The notes: generated by a model not told the origin, from the sequence alone. A stretch of 64,000 bases of DNA from an uncultured Chroococcidiopsis sp. (GCA_964248365.1 CAXTYC010000005.1:32001-96000); one strand, 5' to 3'; counted from the first letter of the stretch, positions 51,577 to 63,138 are shown. Made by a program: numbers and translations.

Positions 51577-51619
51577 AAGCTCTTAGCATTGAAAGTAGCT
51601 AAAAATGTATGCTTTTATC

Positions 51620-52519
51620 TTAAGCAAGAGTTCGCCGTATTTGGGATTGAATGCTAAGAAGTGCTACAAAGCTAAAGCCAAGTAAAACCAACATACATCC
51701 GCCAAAAGTCACACTACCCCAAGGAGCTTGCATCACAATGCTATTCAATGCCCAATCACTATGAAGATAAAGATAGCGAATTGGTTCTATTGCATAGCTA
51801 AGCGGATTGAGTGCAGCCACAACTTGCAACCACTTGGGCATGAAAGATAGAGGAGCTAGAGCAGTGCTAGCAAATAGCAGCGGTAGGTTAGTAACAAAAA
51901 TTACGGCAATTAGTTCAATGTGACCAGGTAGGGCAAAAGCTAAACCCAAGCTTAAAGCTGTCACGCCCAAAGCTAGTAGAAAGACAATCAAAGTGATCGC
52001 CCCTAATCCTGCTAAATTTGGTAAACCAGCCCCCAAAAACGCCGCCGCCGCCACAATTACCGCTGCTTGCAATAAGCTCTGGCTAATAATAAAAATAGCT
52101 GAGGCTAAAACAATTGAAAACCGAGATGCTAAAGGAGCTACCAATAAACGGTTTAAAAAGCCAAATTCTCGGTCAAACATGACTGGTAATCCAGCATTGA
52201 GCGCTCCTGCAAAGGCGGTAAAAACAATTACGCCAGCACTCAAAAACTGACCATAATTTGTACTATTTCCAAAGATGCCTTTGGGGGCATTTTGAAACAG
52301 CGCTCCAAACAAAAGCAACCACATCACTGGCTGAATAATCCCAGCAATTAGAGTTGAAGGACGGCGTTGTAATTGAATGAACAAGCGACGAGTTAAAGCC
52401 AGGGTTTCTTGAACTAATTCCCCAAACCAATTGGATGCGGTTTGTTCGTGATTAATTTGAGCAGATGCCAATTGCTGCCAACTGGTATCGGATTTAGGAG
52501 GTGTAACTGTACTACTCAT
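51620..52519 (-). CDS. ABC-2 permease (Ycf38-like)
   Basis: QPVMWLLLFGALF, MFDREFGFLNRLLVAP, NPLSYAIE. Confidence 0.9.
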   Translation of the reverse strand: MSSTVTPPKSDTSWQQLASAQINHEQTASNWFGELVQETLALTRRLFIQLQRRPSTLIAGIIQPVMWLLLFGALFQNAPKGIFGNSTNYGQFLSAGVIVFTAFAGALNAGLPVMFDREFGFLNRLLVAPLASRFSIVLASAIFIISQSLLQAAVIVAAAAFLGAGLPNLAGLGAITLIVFLLALGVTALSLGLAFALPGHIELIAVIFVTNLPLLFASTALAPLSFMPKWLQVVAALNPLSYAIEPIRYLYLHSDWALNSIVMQAPWGSVTFGGCMLVLLGFSFVALLSIQSQIRRTLA

Positions 52520-52655
52520 TGCGATTTTAGGTTTTAGATTTATTTCGCGCATAGACACGAAGTGGCTTCCCGAAGGGTAGACGCAAAGGCGCAAAGATTG
52601 GAAGGTTTTTCTGTGTTGGTGTTCTTGGTGTTCTTGGCGGTTGGTAAAAAATGAT

Positions 52656-53675
52656 CTATCTCATATTTTGCTTGCGTTCAGCTTTGGGATCGCGGTTTGG
52701 GGCGGATGCTAGCTCTGCATCCATTAAGGTGCGCCCTGTGGCGGCAAGGTAGACATCGTCTAAGCTAGGGCGAGATTGGGCGATGCCAAATGTGGGCAAT
52801 CCAGATGAGTTGAGTAATTGTTGGATAGTAATTAGGCTGTCGTTTTGAGGGGTGACTACTAAGTTGAGCGAGTTACCCTGAGCGACGTTGATAATTACTT
52901 CTTGGACAAAGGGTAGGGATTGCAGCAGTGCTTTGGCTTTTTCTGCTTCTTCTAGGGGGGAAAATTCGCGGATGCGTAGTGTGATGCGATCGCCTCCTAC
53001 TTTGTCTTTCAAATCGCTAGGCGTTCCCGATGCAATTACCTTCCCGCGATCGATAATCGCCACGCGATCGGCTAGCGCGTCAATTTCTTCTAGATAGTGG
53101 CTGGTGATCAGTACTGTTGTCCCTGCTGCTCGTAGCTGACGTAAAAAGTCCCATACCACAAAGCGGCTTTCTATGTCAAGTCCTACTGTTGGTTCGTCTA
53201 AAACCAGCACATCGGGTGCGTGAAGTAGCCCTGCTGCCAAGTCTAAGCGCTTGCGTAAACCGCCGGAGTAAGTGCCAGTCTTTTGATCTGCATATTCCTG
53301 CAAACCGAGTAAGTTCAAGACAGTATCAATCCGCTGTTTGGCAATGGCACTTGGTAGGTGATAAAGTGCTGCTTGCAGTTGTAGCAGTTCTCGTCCAGTT
53401 AGTACTTTATCTAGAGCAACTTCTTGAGCTACATAGCCCAACCGTTGTCTTGCTGCTCTGGGATTATCTAATACAGAGATTCCAGAAACTTCTACTACTC
53501 CAGCATTCGGCGTGGATAAAGTACACAAGATGCGGAGTGTAGTAGTTTTCCCTGCTCCATTGGGACCTAGTAAACCAAAGATTTCCCCAGGTTCTACCTG
53601 AAAGGAAACATCCTTTACAGCTTCTACGTTACCGTAGCGCTTTTGAAGGTTTTGAATTAAAACAGCGGGAGCCAT
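52656..53675 (-). CDS. ABC exporter ATP-binding protein (DrrA family)
   Basis: GPNGAGKTT, YSGG, LDEPTVGLD, PSLDDVYL. Confidence 0.92.
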   Translation of the reverse strand: MAPAVLIQNLQKRYGNVEAVKDVSFQVEPGEIFGLLGPNGAGKTTTLRILCTLSTPNAGVVEVSGISVLDNPRAARQRLGYVAQEVALDKVLTGRELLQLQAALYHLPSAIAKQRIDTVLNLLGLQEYADQKTGTYSGGLRKRLDLAAGLLHAPDVLVLDEPTVGLDIESRFVVWDFLRQLRAAGTTVLITSHYLEEIDALADRVAIIDRGKVIASGTPSDLKDKVGGDRITLRIREFSPLEEAEKAKALLQSLPFVQEVIINVAQGNSLNLVVTPQNDSLITIQQLLNSSGLPTFGIAQSRPSLDDVYLAATGRTLMDAELASAPNRDPKAERKQNMR

Positions 53676-53774
53676 GAATCTTTCTCCCAAAGTATACAAA
53701 TCTAAACAATATGTATCTCTATTGTATAGTTGGCACTACCCACGATGGCAATTAATATGGTGGGCAATGCCGCC

Positions 53775-54746
53775 CTACTTGATGGTGATAGCACTGGGGA
53801 GCAGATTTAGACTTCCTGCCAAAGCACCCGTTAGCTGATGAGTGATAGGTAAACTATCTACAACCATGCCAGCACACAACAGCATCATGTAGAGGATCGA
53901 GTAGAGGAAAAGCGATCGCGCTATTGTTTTACTATCTGGGTTTTGCAACAGTAGCCAAGCTTTACGAATGAAAATACTTCCCAACACCAGGGCAATAATT
54001 CCATAAACTACACCCGTTGCCTGGAAGGGATAAACCAGTAAAAATGTTGCTGGGATTAGTATCAGCGTATAAAACCAAATTTGTCGAGCCGTAGCCACAT
54101 CCCCCGCTACAACGGGCAACATTGGCACACCGACAAGGGCATAATCTTCGCGGATCATCAAAGCCAGCGCCCAGAAATGGGGAGGTGTCCACAAAAACAC
54201 AATGGCAAACAGCAACCACGCTACCCAACTTAAACCATTGGTAACAGCTGCCCAACCTACCAGAGCAGGAATTGCCCCCGCCGCCCCACCAATCACAATA
54301 TTTTGTGATGTATGACGTTTGAGTAAGTGAGTGTAGATTCCCACATAAAACACAATACCGGACATTGCCAACAAAGCGCTGATTAGATTGGCAAACACAG
54401 CCAACAAACTAAAAGAAATCACAGCCATTGCGACCGCAAATATCACAGCATCCCGCGACTGCACTCTACCAGAAGGTATAGGACGATGCCTAGTTCGCTC
54501 CATAGCATCATCAATATCACGGTCATAAACACAATTAATTGTCTGAGCAGAAGCAGCAGCCAAAGTTCCACCAGCCAGAGTTACCACTAGTAAAAACGGA
54601 TCTACCTGTCCTTTTGCGGCAATCCACATACTACCAGCAGTAGTAATCAATAACAGCGGAATAATTCGAGGCTTTGTTAGCTGATAGTAGCTTTGAATAA
54701 CTTGGAAAAAATTTTGATGGTGTCTAGAGACATTAGTCCCAATCAT
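53775..54746 (-). CDS. ctaB: Heme o synthase
   Basis: [26 protein letters not shown]. Confidence 0.95.
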   Translation of the reverse strand: MIGTNVSRHHQNFFQVIQSYYQLTKPRIIPLLLITTAGSMWIAAKGQVDPFLLVVTLAGGTLAAASAQTINCVYDRDIDDAMERTRHRPIPSGRVQSRDAVIFAVAMAVISFSLLAVFANLISALLAMSGIVFYVGIYTHLLKRHTSQNIVIGGAAGAIPALVGWAAVTNGLSWVAWLLFAIVFLWTPPHFWALALMIREDYALVGVPMLPVVAGDVATARQIWFYTLILIPATFLLVYPFQATGVVYGIIALVLGSIFIRKAWLLLQNPDSKTIARSLFLYSILYMMLLCAGMVVDSLPITHQLTGALAGSLNLLPSAITIK

Positions 54747-54921
54747 ATTTGCCGCACCAATTCCTTTAACTTTTGTAACAACAAGAGGCACTTTAACTCT
54801 TCACCGCTGTGCCAACATCCACAAAAAGAAACACAAAGTAAGCAATTCCCTTCTCTTCTTTCTTACCTTCGCGCCCTTTGCGCCTTTGCGGTAGCCTGCG
54901 GCAAGCCGCTTCGCGTCTACG

Positions 54922-55851
54922 TTAACTTATATCTGACCTCAACCAACAGTCGCGATCGCGCAATGCCAAAACAGTAAACGCTACCAAAACCCCCAGTAAA
55001 GCTGCTCCTACCGACTGGTGAGCCACTGTCAAAGGTTCGACTTGCAGGTGTAATCTGAACGTAGCAACACCTAGCAAGACTTGCAAAACCAACAACCCAC
55101 CAGCCATATTTGCCAACTGCCTTAAAGCTGGATGCAAAGCTGGGGTACGCCAAGACACAAAAACGAGGGCGGTGGTAGCAAGCGTAGGAGGAACAACACC
55201 TGCAACGTGGCTATACATGACTCCACATAACTCAAAACCTGCCAAACATTGATGTAACGCCCAGCGCGATCCTACCAAAGCGCCTAAGAGACTTTGCACA
55301 TAGACTAAGACAGCAGCAATCAAACTCAACGGGGATAACTTGCCAGCATTGCCAGTTCCTTGATAAGGTGTTAGCGCCGTGCCAATGATTAACAGCGTAG
55401 TAAAAAATAAAAGTGCTGTTCCCAGGTGCGCGGTAACAATGTCAAACCGCAGCATTTGTGTCACCGTCAATCCACCTAATACGCCTTGAAAGACGACCAG
55501 AAATAAAGCAAAAGTCGCAGTCGGAGGCAACCACTTGGGTAGTAAATTGCGCCTGAGCCAACAGAGGACTGTTAGAGCCAAAGCCCCGATGCCAATTGCT
55601 GCTGCATCCAAGCGGTGAAACCACTCCAGAAAAACTTGAAAGTTCATTTGTTTGGTTGGTACAAGCGTACCATAACACAAAGGCCAGTCTGGGCAAGCAA
55701 GACCAGCATTCATGACTCTTGTGGCGCTACCAATCGCCATCAAGATGAGTGTAGCTATACACAGTTTCCATACCAGCCGCCGAATTTTTTCTTTTGGCTG
55801 TGACTGCTCAGTCGAGTCTAAAGTTTGTCTGTGCAGGACGTATTCGGTCAT
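54922..55851 (-). CDS. ctaA: Heme A synthase
   Basis: GLACPDWPLC, EWFHR, VTAHL. Confidence 0.93.
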   Translation of the reverse strand: MTEYVLHRQTLDSTEQSQPKEKIRRLVWKLCIATLILMAIGSATRVMNAGLACPDWPLCYGTLVPTKQMNFQVFLEWFHRLDAAAIGIGALALTVLCWLRRNLLPKWLPPTATFALFLVVFQGVLGGLTVTQMLRFDIVTAHLGTALLFFTTLLIIGTALTPYQGTGNAGKLSPLSLIAAVLVYVQSLLGALVGSRWALHQCLAGFELCGVMYSHVAGVVPPTLATTALVFVSWRTPALHPALRQLANMAGGLLVLQVLLGVATFRLHLQVEPLTVAHQSVGAALLGVLVAFTVLALRDRDCWLRSDIS

Positions 55852-56357
55852 GGACTGTACCTTTTGTCTGTCTCTTGTGCGATCGCCACTTTACAAGTTT
55901 GTAAGTGTTAACTCACTTCCACCCTAGCGCATGGTAAGTAGGACAACTGGAAAAAACAGCCCACGTCAAACTAGATAACCCATGACGTACAACAGATCCG
56001 ACAACACACGGTCGGCTGTTTTTTTATCTCCAGTTACGTTAAGTGCGTTTCATTAGCTTGCTGTTGTTCTTACTGTGAAGGATAAAACCACTCAATTGCA
56101 AAAGCTTTAGGGATTTTTAAAGTGTTAGGGTTTTGATACGCCTATACTGGGGAGTAGTCATAATAGCTTTATTTTTCTTAACATATGACTGAAGCTAGGC
56201 GTGGCTGCAAGAACATGGTGCTATAACAAGAGCGATCCCAAAGAAAATAGAAAAAATCAGATTTGGCTGACACATCATCTTGAATTGCTGCACTACCTTG
56301 GTAAGTAAGTAAAGCTGATTATTTAAGAACAAGTTACAAGTACTCTACTAGCTAACC

Positions 56358-57446
56358 GTGAACATCCCAAGTTCTATTTGGACTTTATTGCTCGGTATCG
56401 GGCTGACACTGATCAGCCTCTGGTACGGTCAAAATCATGGACTGTTACCCACACCAGCTTCCGATGAAGCCCTGTTGGTGGATGGGCTATTTAACAGCAT
56501 GATGACTATATCTGTAGGTCTGTTTCTCTTGGTCGAGGGCATTCTGATTTATACAGCATTTAAATTTCGCCGTCGTCCAGGTGATGATTCGGATGCCCCG
56601 CCAGTATTTGGTAACGTGCCGCTAGAAATTCTCTGGACGGCGATCCCAGCGATTGTTGTGATCGGGATTTCTATATATAGTTTCGAGGTGTACAATTCGA
56701 TTGGTGGCTTCAGTCCTCATGACATCCATGACGCTCCTGTAACACAGGAGGCAGCCAGAATGCCCCACGCTGCGATCGCGGCAACTCTAAGCGATACACC
56801 TCTTAACACACAACCTAATCAGAATCAGCAAAAATCCGATGAGGCAATGCAAGATCCAGCTACAGCCTCAGTTCGCAATTCTGACCAAATACCCCAAAAG
56901 AAGGATTCTCCAGGTGTAGGTATAGTTTCTCCCACAATTGGTCCAAGTCCAGAGCGCGAAGGTAAGCCACCTGGATTAATGGTAAATCTAACTGGTTTGC
57001 AGTTCGCCTGGATTGTCACCTACCCAGACACTGGCGTAGTTTCCAGTGAATTCCACGTCCCTGTAGGGCGTGAGGTGATGGTAAATATGACAGCTAACGA
57101 TGTCATTCACGCTTTCTGGGTTCCAGAACTTCGCCTGAAACAGGATGCCATTCCAGGGCGGCAAAGTGAAATTCGCTTTACACCTAGAAAGGTGGGCGAG
57201 TACCCGCTGATCTGTGCCGAACTGTGTGGTCCCTATCATGGAGCAATGAAGACCAAATTCATTATCGAAACACCAGAAGCATTTGACCAATGGATGCAAG
57301 AGCAACAAGTAGCAAGCCTCGAAGCTTTAAATCAAGCTATAGCTGTCAATCCGGCTGTATCACCAAATGAATTTCTCGCTCCTTACACCAACAACATGGG
57401 AATTGAGCCACAAACACTTACTCAACTGCACAACCATCATCACTAA
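56358..57446 (+). CDS. coxB: Cytochrome c oxidase subunit II
   Basis: LEILWTAIP, DVIHAFWVP, CAELCGPYHGAM CuA ligands. Confidence 0.96.
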   Translation: MNIPSSIWTLLLGIGLTLISLWYGQNHGLLPTPASDEALLVDGLFNSMMTISVGLFLLVEGILIYTAFKFRRRPGDDSDAPPVFGNVPLEILWTAIPAIVVIGISIYSFEVYNSIGGFSPHDIHDAPVTQEAARMPHAAIAATLSDTPLNTQPNQNQQKSDEAMQDPATASVRNSDQIPQKKDSPGVGIVSPTIGPSPEREGKPPGLMVNLTGLQFAWIVTYPDTGVVSSEFHVPVGREVMVNMTANDVIHAFWVPELRLKQDAIPGRQSEIRFTPRKVGEYPLICAELCGPYHGAMKTKFIIETPEAFDQWMQEQQVASLEALNQAIAVNPAVSPNEFLAPYTNNMGIEPQTLTQLHNHHH

Positions 57447-57659
57447 ACGGCTAGGAGGCAGAAGTCAGAAGACAGGAGAAGGATGAAGGGTAAAGAGTAA
57501 AGGGTAAAGGGTAAAGGGTAATAGGTATTGCGGTAAGGGTAAAGGAAATTCATAATTTCTCCCTTTTGCTTCCCCTGCTCACCCTGCTCCCTTTTGCTCC
57601 CTGTGCTCCCTCTGCTCTCTTCTAGCCCCTAGCCTCCAGCAAAAGCGCCCCTTCTTCTT

Positions 57660-59405
57660 ATGACACAAGTACAGCTGCAAGAAAGAGCCAATCTACCTGC
57701 CTTAGAAGAGGAACCAGGGCAGAGAAATTGGCGAGATTACTTTACCTTCAACACCGACCATAAGGTAATTGGGATTCAATACCTTGTCACCACGTTTATT
57801 TTTTACTGTATTGGCGGTGTACTGGCTGACTTAGTTCGCACAGAACTGAAAACGCCAGATGTAGATTTTGTTAGCCGAGAAGTCTACAACAGCCTGTTTA
57901 CCCTCCACGCCACAATCATGATTTTTTTGTGGATCGTCCCAGCAGGAGCGGGTTTTGCTAACTACTTAATCCCGCTGATGATTGGGGCGAAGGATATGGC
58001 ATTCCCCCGCTTGAATGCCGTTGCCTTTTGGATGATTCCACCAGCTGGTTTGCTGCTAATCAGCAGTTTAGTGCTGGGTGATGCAGCAGATGCAGGTTGG
58101 ACAAGCTATCCTCCCCTTAGCCTAGTTACTGGGCAATTGGGTGAGGGAATTTGGATTATGAGCGTCCTGTTGCTTGGTACTTCATCAATTTTGGGTGCAA
58201 TCAATTTTCTTGTCACCCTGTTAAAGATGCGGACACCAGGAATGACCGTCCATCAAATGCCCTTATTCTGCTGGGCAATGTTTGCCACCTCCGCTATCAC
58301 CTTGTTGTCAACGCCCGTATTGGCAGGTGCTTTGATTCTGCTTGCCTTTGACTTATTTGCAGGAACTACATTCTTTAATCCAACTGGGGGCGGCGATCCC
58401 ATCGTTTACCAGCATATGTTCTGGTTTTATTCCCACCCAGCGGTTTACATCATGATTTTACCCTTCTTTGGGGTGATTTCAGAGGTGATTCCCGTTAATG
58501 CCCGTAAGCCAATTTTCGGTTATAAGGCGATCGCCTATTCCAGCCTTGCCATTAGCTTTCTGGGTCTGATCGTCTGGGCGCACCATATGTTTACCAGTGG
58601 TATCCCAGGCTGGCTGAGGATGTTTTTCATGATCACTACGATGATCATCGCCGTACCAACTGGGATTAAGGTGTTCAGTTGGTTGGGAACTCTCTGGGGG
58701 GGCAAACTCCGATTAAATACTGCCTTGCTGTTTGCAATGGGCTTTGTCAGTCTATTCGTAATCGGCGGCATTAGTGGCGTGATGTTGGCGGCTGTGCCGT
58801 TCGATATCCACGTTCACGATACCTATTTTGTAGTGGCACACCTGCACTACGTTTTGTTTGGTGGATCAGTATTTGGCATTTATTCCGGTTTCTACCACTG
58901 GTTCCCCAAAATGACCGGACGGATGCTGAACGAATTTTGGGGTAAGGTTCACTTTGCCTTGACCTATATCGGGATGAATTTATGCTTTCTCCCCATGCAC
59001 AAGCTGGGGATGATGGGCATGAACCGCCGAATTGCTGAGTATGACCCCAAATTTGCCACACTGAACTTCATTTGCACAATGGGAGCTTATCTACTGGCAG
59101 TTTCCACATTACCCTTCATTGTCAATGCAATTTGGAGTTGGATGCACGGTCCCAAGGCTGGTAATAATCCCTGGCAAGCTCTCACCCTAGAATGGATGAC
59201 TACCTCGCCACCAGCGATCGAGAATTTTGATAAACTGCCCGTTTTGGCAAGTGGTCCTTATGACTACGGTATGGACAGAAGCAAAAAAGAGGTGGATGTA
59301 CCCTTATCTGATGCTGATAATCCAACCTTGTCTGCTGGTCCTAATTCCGTCTTAAGGGCAGATCCAGATCCCAATTTTGCTGCCCAACCAGAAGACCGGA
59401 AATAA
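57660..59405 (+). CDS. coxA: Cytochrome c oxidase subunit I
   Basis: TDHKVIG, WFYSHPAVY, WAHHMF, VAHLHYV. Confidence 0.97.
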   Translation: MTQVQLQERANLPALEEEPGQRNWRDYFTFNTDHKVIGIQYLVTTFIFYCIGGVLADLVRTELKTPDVDFVSREVYNSLFTLHATIMIFLWIVPAGAGFANYLIPLMIGAKDMAFPRLNAVAFWMIPPAGLLLISSLVLGDAADAGWTSYPPLSLVTGQLGEGIWIMSVLLLGTSSILGAINFLVTLLKMRTPGMTVHQMPLFCWAMFATSAITLLSTPVLAGALILLAFDLFAGTTFFNPTGGGDPIVYQHMFWFYSHPAVYIMILPFFGVISEVIPVNARKPIFGYKAIAYSSLAISFLGLIVWAHHMFTSGIPGWLRMFFMITTMIIAVPTGIKVFSWLGTLWGGKLRLNTALLFAMGFVSLFVIGGISGVMLAAVPFDIHVHDTYFVVAHLHYVLFGGSVFGIYSGFYHWFPKMTGRMLNEFWGKVHFALTYIGMNLCFLPMHKLGMMGMNRRIAEYDPKFATLNFICTMGAYLLAVSTLPFIVNAIWSWMHGPKAGNNPWQALTLEWMTTSPPAIENFDKLPVLASGPYDYGMDRSKKEVDVPLSDADNPTLSAGPNSVLRADPDPNFAAQPEDRK

Positions 59406-59614
59406 AGGATGAAGGGGAAAGGCTAAAGGTTAAAGGGAAAGGGGAAAAAGTCAAGGGTCAAGGGTCAAGGGTCAAGGGAAAGAATTAGTATTCTTCGACC
59501 TACTCCTCACCTCCTGGCTTCTGTCTCCTGTCGTGGGTCTCCTGTCTCCTTCATCCTTCGCGCCTTCATCCTTCATCCTTCGCGTCCTTCATCCTTCTTA
59601 CTTTTTGAAGATTC

Positions 59615-60238
59615 ATGCAAAGTCCAACCATTGATCCAGCTAAGACTTCTCTCAATTATCATCACACCGAAGCCCAGAGCGATCATCACGAAGAGCATCC
59701 AGATTTCCGGCTGTTTGGGCTGATTGTCTTTTTGGTAGCTGAGGGTATGATTTTTCTCGGAATGTTTGGAGCTTATGTGGCATTTCGCTCTACCTTACCA
59801 AGTTGGCCACCGGAAGGAACACCAGAGTTAGAGCTGTTGCTACCGGGAATTAACACTATAATTCTGATTTCTAGCAGTTTCGTCATTCACAATGCTGACA
59901 CAGCGATTAAAAAGAATGATGTCGGCGGTATGAGAACCTGGCTAGCAATTACTGCTGCGATGGGTACTATTTTCCTAGCAGGACAGTTGTATGAATATAG
60001 CCATCTGGAGTTTGGTCTGACAACCAATCTCTTTGCTAGTGCCTTTTATGTCCTGACTGGTTTTCACGGGCTGCACGTTACTGTAGGAGTTTTGGCGATT
60101 CTTGCCGTATTATGGCGATCGCGTACTTCTGATCGCTACAGCAAAGAACATCACTTTGGTGTAGAAGCAGCAGAAATTTACTGGCACTTTGTTGATGTAG
60201 TGTGGATTATTCTATTTGGTCTGTTGTATTTGCTCTAA
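59615..60238 (+). CDS. coxC: Cytochrome c oxidase subunit III
   Basis: TGFHGLHV, YWHFVDVVW. Confidence 0.96.
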   Translation: MQSPTIDPAKTSLNYHHTEAQSDHHEEHPDFRLFGLIVFLVAEGMIFLGMFGAYVAFRSTLPSWPPEGTPELELLLPGINTIILISSSFVIHNADTAIKKNDVGGMRTWLAITAAMGTIFLAGQLYEYSHLEFGLTTNLFASAFYVLTGFHGLHVTVGVLAILAVLWRSRTSDRYSKEHHFGVEAAEIYWHFVDVVWIILFGLLYLL

Positions 60239-60262
60239 ACCTGAAGCTTGCACTTGCTTAAT

Positions 60263-60289
60263 AAAAAGCCTCCCATTGGGAGGTTTTTT
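60263..60289. terminator. Bidirectional intrinsic terminator
   Basis: AAAAAGCCTCCCA-T-TGGGAGGTTTTTT between convergent genes. Confidence 0.85.
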
Positions 60290-60423
60290 GTCATGTTGGC
60301 AATGCCGAGCTATTTTTAATTAACCTGACATAGGTAATGGTAATTCGTAATTAAAAAACCAACTACCAGGAAAGACGTAGCACAGCGATCGTCTCTACCT
60401 GTACAAATGTAGCAGTGCTAGGT

Positions 60424-61629
60424 CTAAGCACTTTGAGATTTTCGCTCTTCTAATATAACTATATGATTCTGGGAATCTACAGTTATTTTGCCTTGGTCTT
60501 GTAGCTTTCCTAGCATTCTCGTAATTGTTACTCTGGTAGTAGAACAGGCGGCTGCAAGATCTTGATGGGTGAGGCGAACACTTAAACGGGTTCCTCGCTC
60601 GACAGGTTGACCAACTTCTTGTTTCAATAGCAACAATAAATTGTACAATCGGTCTTTCGCGTGTCTCTGTCCAGAAATGGCTAAGAGTGCTTCTGTTTGT
60701 CGAAGTCGTTGATTAATTTGAGGTAATATTTTTTGCGCGATCTGAGGAATTGTTGCTATATCTTTGAGGGAAAAGCTGACTAGTTCAACGTCACACAGCG
60801 CAGTAGCTTGATATGTCTTCAAACTCGTCAATTCAGCACCAAAAGCCATTGAAGGTCTTACCAACCCCACAAGCACTTCTTCTCCAGCTTCGGTAATTGT
60901 ACTTAACTTTACAATACCTCGACGAACTTGCCAAATAACTTGGGGTTTGATAGAGATAGTCTCTCCCTTTAAATAAACGTGTTTTTGCCAATCTTCGCTT
61001 GAAGCGTCGTCGAAGTATGCTTCTTGCTCTGTCTTTGTCCAATTGCGCGGCTCATCAGGCTTAGCATCGCTAAAATAGCGTATACACAAGCGTATTCCTA
61101 TTACCTTACCAGTGCGATCGCGTACAATAGTTCCCATCAGGGAAGCTTGAAAAGGCTGACTATCTCGCGGACAAAGAAATATTTTCCACTCTTTCACCTG
61201 TTCTATTGTTTGCAGTTGCAGTAGTTGCAGATGAAAGGTTTGTCGCTCGTCCTCAGCCACAAATACTAGCAGTGGTTTACCCACCAAGAAACGCTGCGAC
61301 ACGTTAAGTAATTTAGCAGCGGCGTGGTTGGCTTCTTGGATTGTCCCTGCTGTATCAGTCATTAGGTAGCCATAGGGTGCAAACTCGAACAATTCCTGAT
61401 AACGCTGGCGTTCTGTTTCCAAAGCTGTTTGTGCAAAGGCAAGTTCTACATTTTGCTGCTGTAGCTCTTCCACAGCAACTTGTAGTTCTTCCGAAACGAT
61501 TCCAAGCTCTTTAAAAGCTAATGGCAATAAATCCGGTTGTAACTTTGCTGAAGCAGTAGCACCTTGATATAAATTATGCAATCGCCCTTGCATAAACTGT
61601 ATTTGCTGAGCAAAGCTGTCTACGTTCAT
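60424..61629 (-). CDS. Coiled-coil-PAS-Crp/Fnr transcriptional regulator
   Basis: RYQELFEFAP..GTIQEAN PAS; cNMP-fold region; LTHQDLAAACSTTRVTITRML HTH; start placed at MNVDSF (GGGGGA RBS). Confidence 0.85.
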   Translation of the reverse strand: MNVDSFAQQIQFMQGRLHNLYQGATASAKLQPDLLPLAFKELGIVSEELQVAVEELQQQNVELAFAQTALETERQRYQELFEFAPYGYLMTDTAGTIQEANHAAAKLLNVSQRFLVGKPLLVFVAEDERQTFHLQLLQLQTIEQVKEWKIFLCPRDSQPFQASLMGTIVRDRTGKVIGIRLCIRYFSDAKPDEPRNWTKTEQEAYFDDASSEDWQKHVYLKGETISIKPQVIWQVRRGIVKLSTITEAGEEVLVGLVRPSMAFGAELTSLKTYQATALCDVELVSFSLKDIATIPQIAQKILPQINQRLRQTEALLAISGQRHAKDRLYNLLLLLKQEVGQPVERGTRLSVRLTHQDLAAACSTTRVTITRMLGKLQDQGKITVDSQNHIVILEERKSQSA

Positions 61630-62314
61630 ATAGATTCCCCCAAAAGTTCCCTTACTGGTGTGAAGTATAGATAAATTTCTTACTTGTTCACACTGACCAA
61701 TTTGAGTAATTTCATACAATTTTATCAATAATGAAAAAACAATATAGTACGTTTTTTACTCAACCCTACATAATCGACACTTTTGTGGCTATGTAGTTGT
61801 AAATCTGTATACTTCAATTTTTGTACTAAGTCCTCATATTAGCTTTATTGTATTCAATTAAACCAAATGATTTAAAATATATCCATTCTTTTGGTATAAG
61901 CTGGGATAAGCATTGATAATTACCTTATTGGGTAGTACAGTTCTCCTGGGAGTTTTCTAGAGGTTGAGAAATAGCTATGGCTTTGCGTGGGGCTTGTTTC
62001 TCCTTGTTATCAGGCTTTGACTTCTACTCTTAAAGCTCCCAGTTTTATATATTAAGATTTTTAATATTTTATCTTAAAATTTTAGATTTTAGAATGTTCA
62101 GTTTCTGTGAAAGTAGTAGAAGCAAACCAAAAAGCAGCTAGGTAATGCTCTAAACATCCGCTAAATAATTTGAATAGCAATATATTGCTTAAATTTTATT
62201 ATTTTGTATTTGCTTACACAAGAGTTTTTCAAATAGTTAAAACAATATTTGCTATTAATAGCTATCTCACAAAATTGTATTATACTACATTAATGCAATA
62301 AACAGATTTAAGAT

Positions 62315-62743
62315 TTATTGAACTTGAATATTAGGACATATAGTTTGACTGGGGTGATAATTTGAAGGCTCTTCTTGCCATAAGTCAACAATTGTTTGTA
62401 ACTCGATTTGACGAGTTTTTAATGCTTCAATTTGAGTAGCGATCGCCTGTATTTTCGACTGTAGTTGCTGTTTAACTTCAGGACAAGGTAACTCACCTTG
62501 ATCGTGCCGAGCTAGAAGTGGTTTAATTTCCTCTAAACTCAGCCCCAGGGATTGGGCGCGTTTGATAAACGCCAGTCGCTTCAGTACCTGCACATGAAAC
62601 AGGCGATAGCCAGTACTAGAGCGTTCTACCGTTGGTGCTAATAGCCCAATATCCTCGTAATAGCGGATGGTTTTCACCGACAAACCGCTCATCTGAGCTA
62701 CTTCACCAATCTTGAGTTCGTTGGTTAAAACTATTTTCTCCAT
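62315..62743 (-). CDS. MerR-family heavy-metal-responsive regulator
   Basis: IGEVA..SG..VKTIRYYEDIGL, GYRLF, LGLSLEEI, Cys in PCPEV and ICPNI. Confidence 0.9.
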   Translation of the reverse strand: MEKIVLTNELKIGEVAQMSGLSVKTIRYYEDIGLLAPTVERSSTGYRLFHVQVLKRLAFIKRAQSLGLSLEEIKPLLARHDQGELPCPEVKQQLQSKIQAIATQIEALKTRQIELQTIVDLWQEEPSNYHPSQTICPNIQVQ

Positions 62744-62841
62744 TGCGATAAATTGTTAATTTAAGTAATAAGTGATAAACGGAATTCACTACTCATTACT
62801 AAAAACGCGATATATCGTTGTCTGTACTAACTAGTGACTAC

Positions 62842-63138
62842 CTATCGCGGTGGGTTTTTCTTGGAAATCGACAATTGCGGTAACTCCTGGCTAGAGGAGT
62901 TGTAAGGTAAGTAACGCTGAGCAACGGTTTGAGGTGGTTGTGAACCACGCTGCTGGAGAATCCACCATCGTAGAGCGATCGCTATCCCTACAGTACCCAA
63001 GCCAAACCCAACCAACGCAGCGCGATCGCCCAATCCACCAATTACCGCATCAACTACCCCAATCGTAATTAAAAAGCTGGGTAGCGGCTCTTTCCGGTAC
63101 GCTGACTTCAAAAATCTCGGTAATGCGGCATTCATCAC
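62842..63138 (-). CDS. Conserved cyanobacterial small membrane protein
   Basis: AYRKEP..F..G.VDAVIGG motif, two hydrophobic segments. Confidence 0.7.
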   Translation of the reverse strand: MMNAALPRFLKSAYRKEPLPSFLITIGVVDAVIGGLGDRAALVGFGLGTVGIAIALRWWILQQRGSQPPQTVAQRYLPYNSSSQELPQLSISKKNPPR

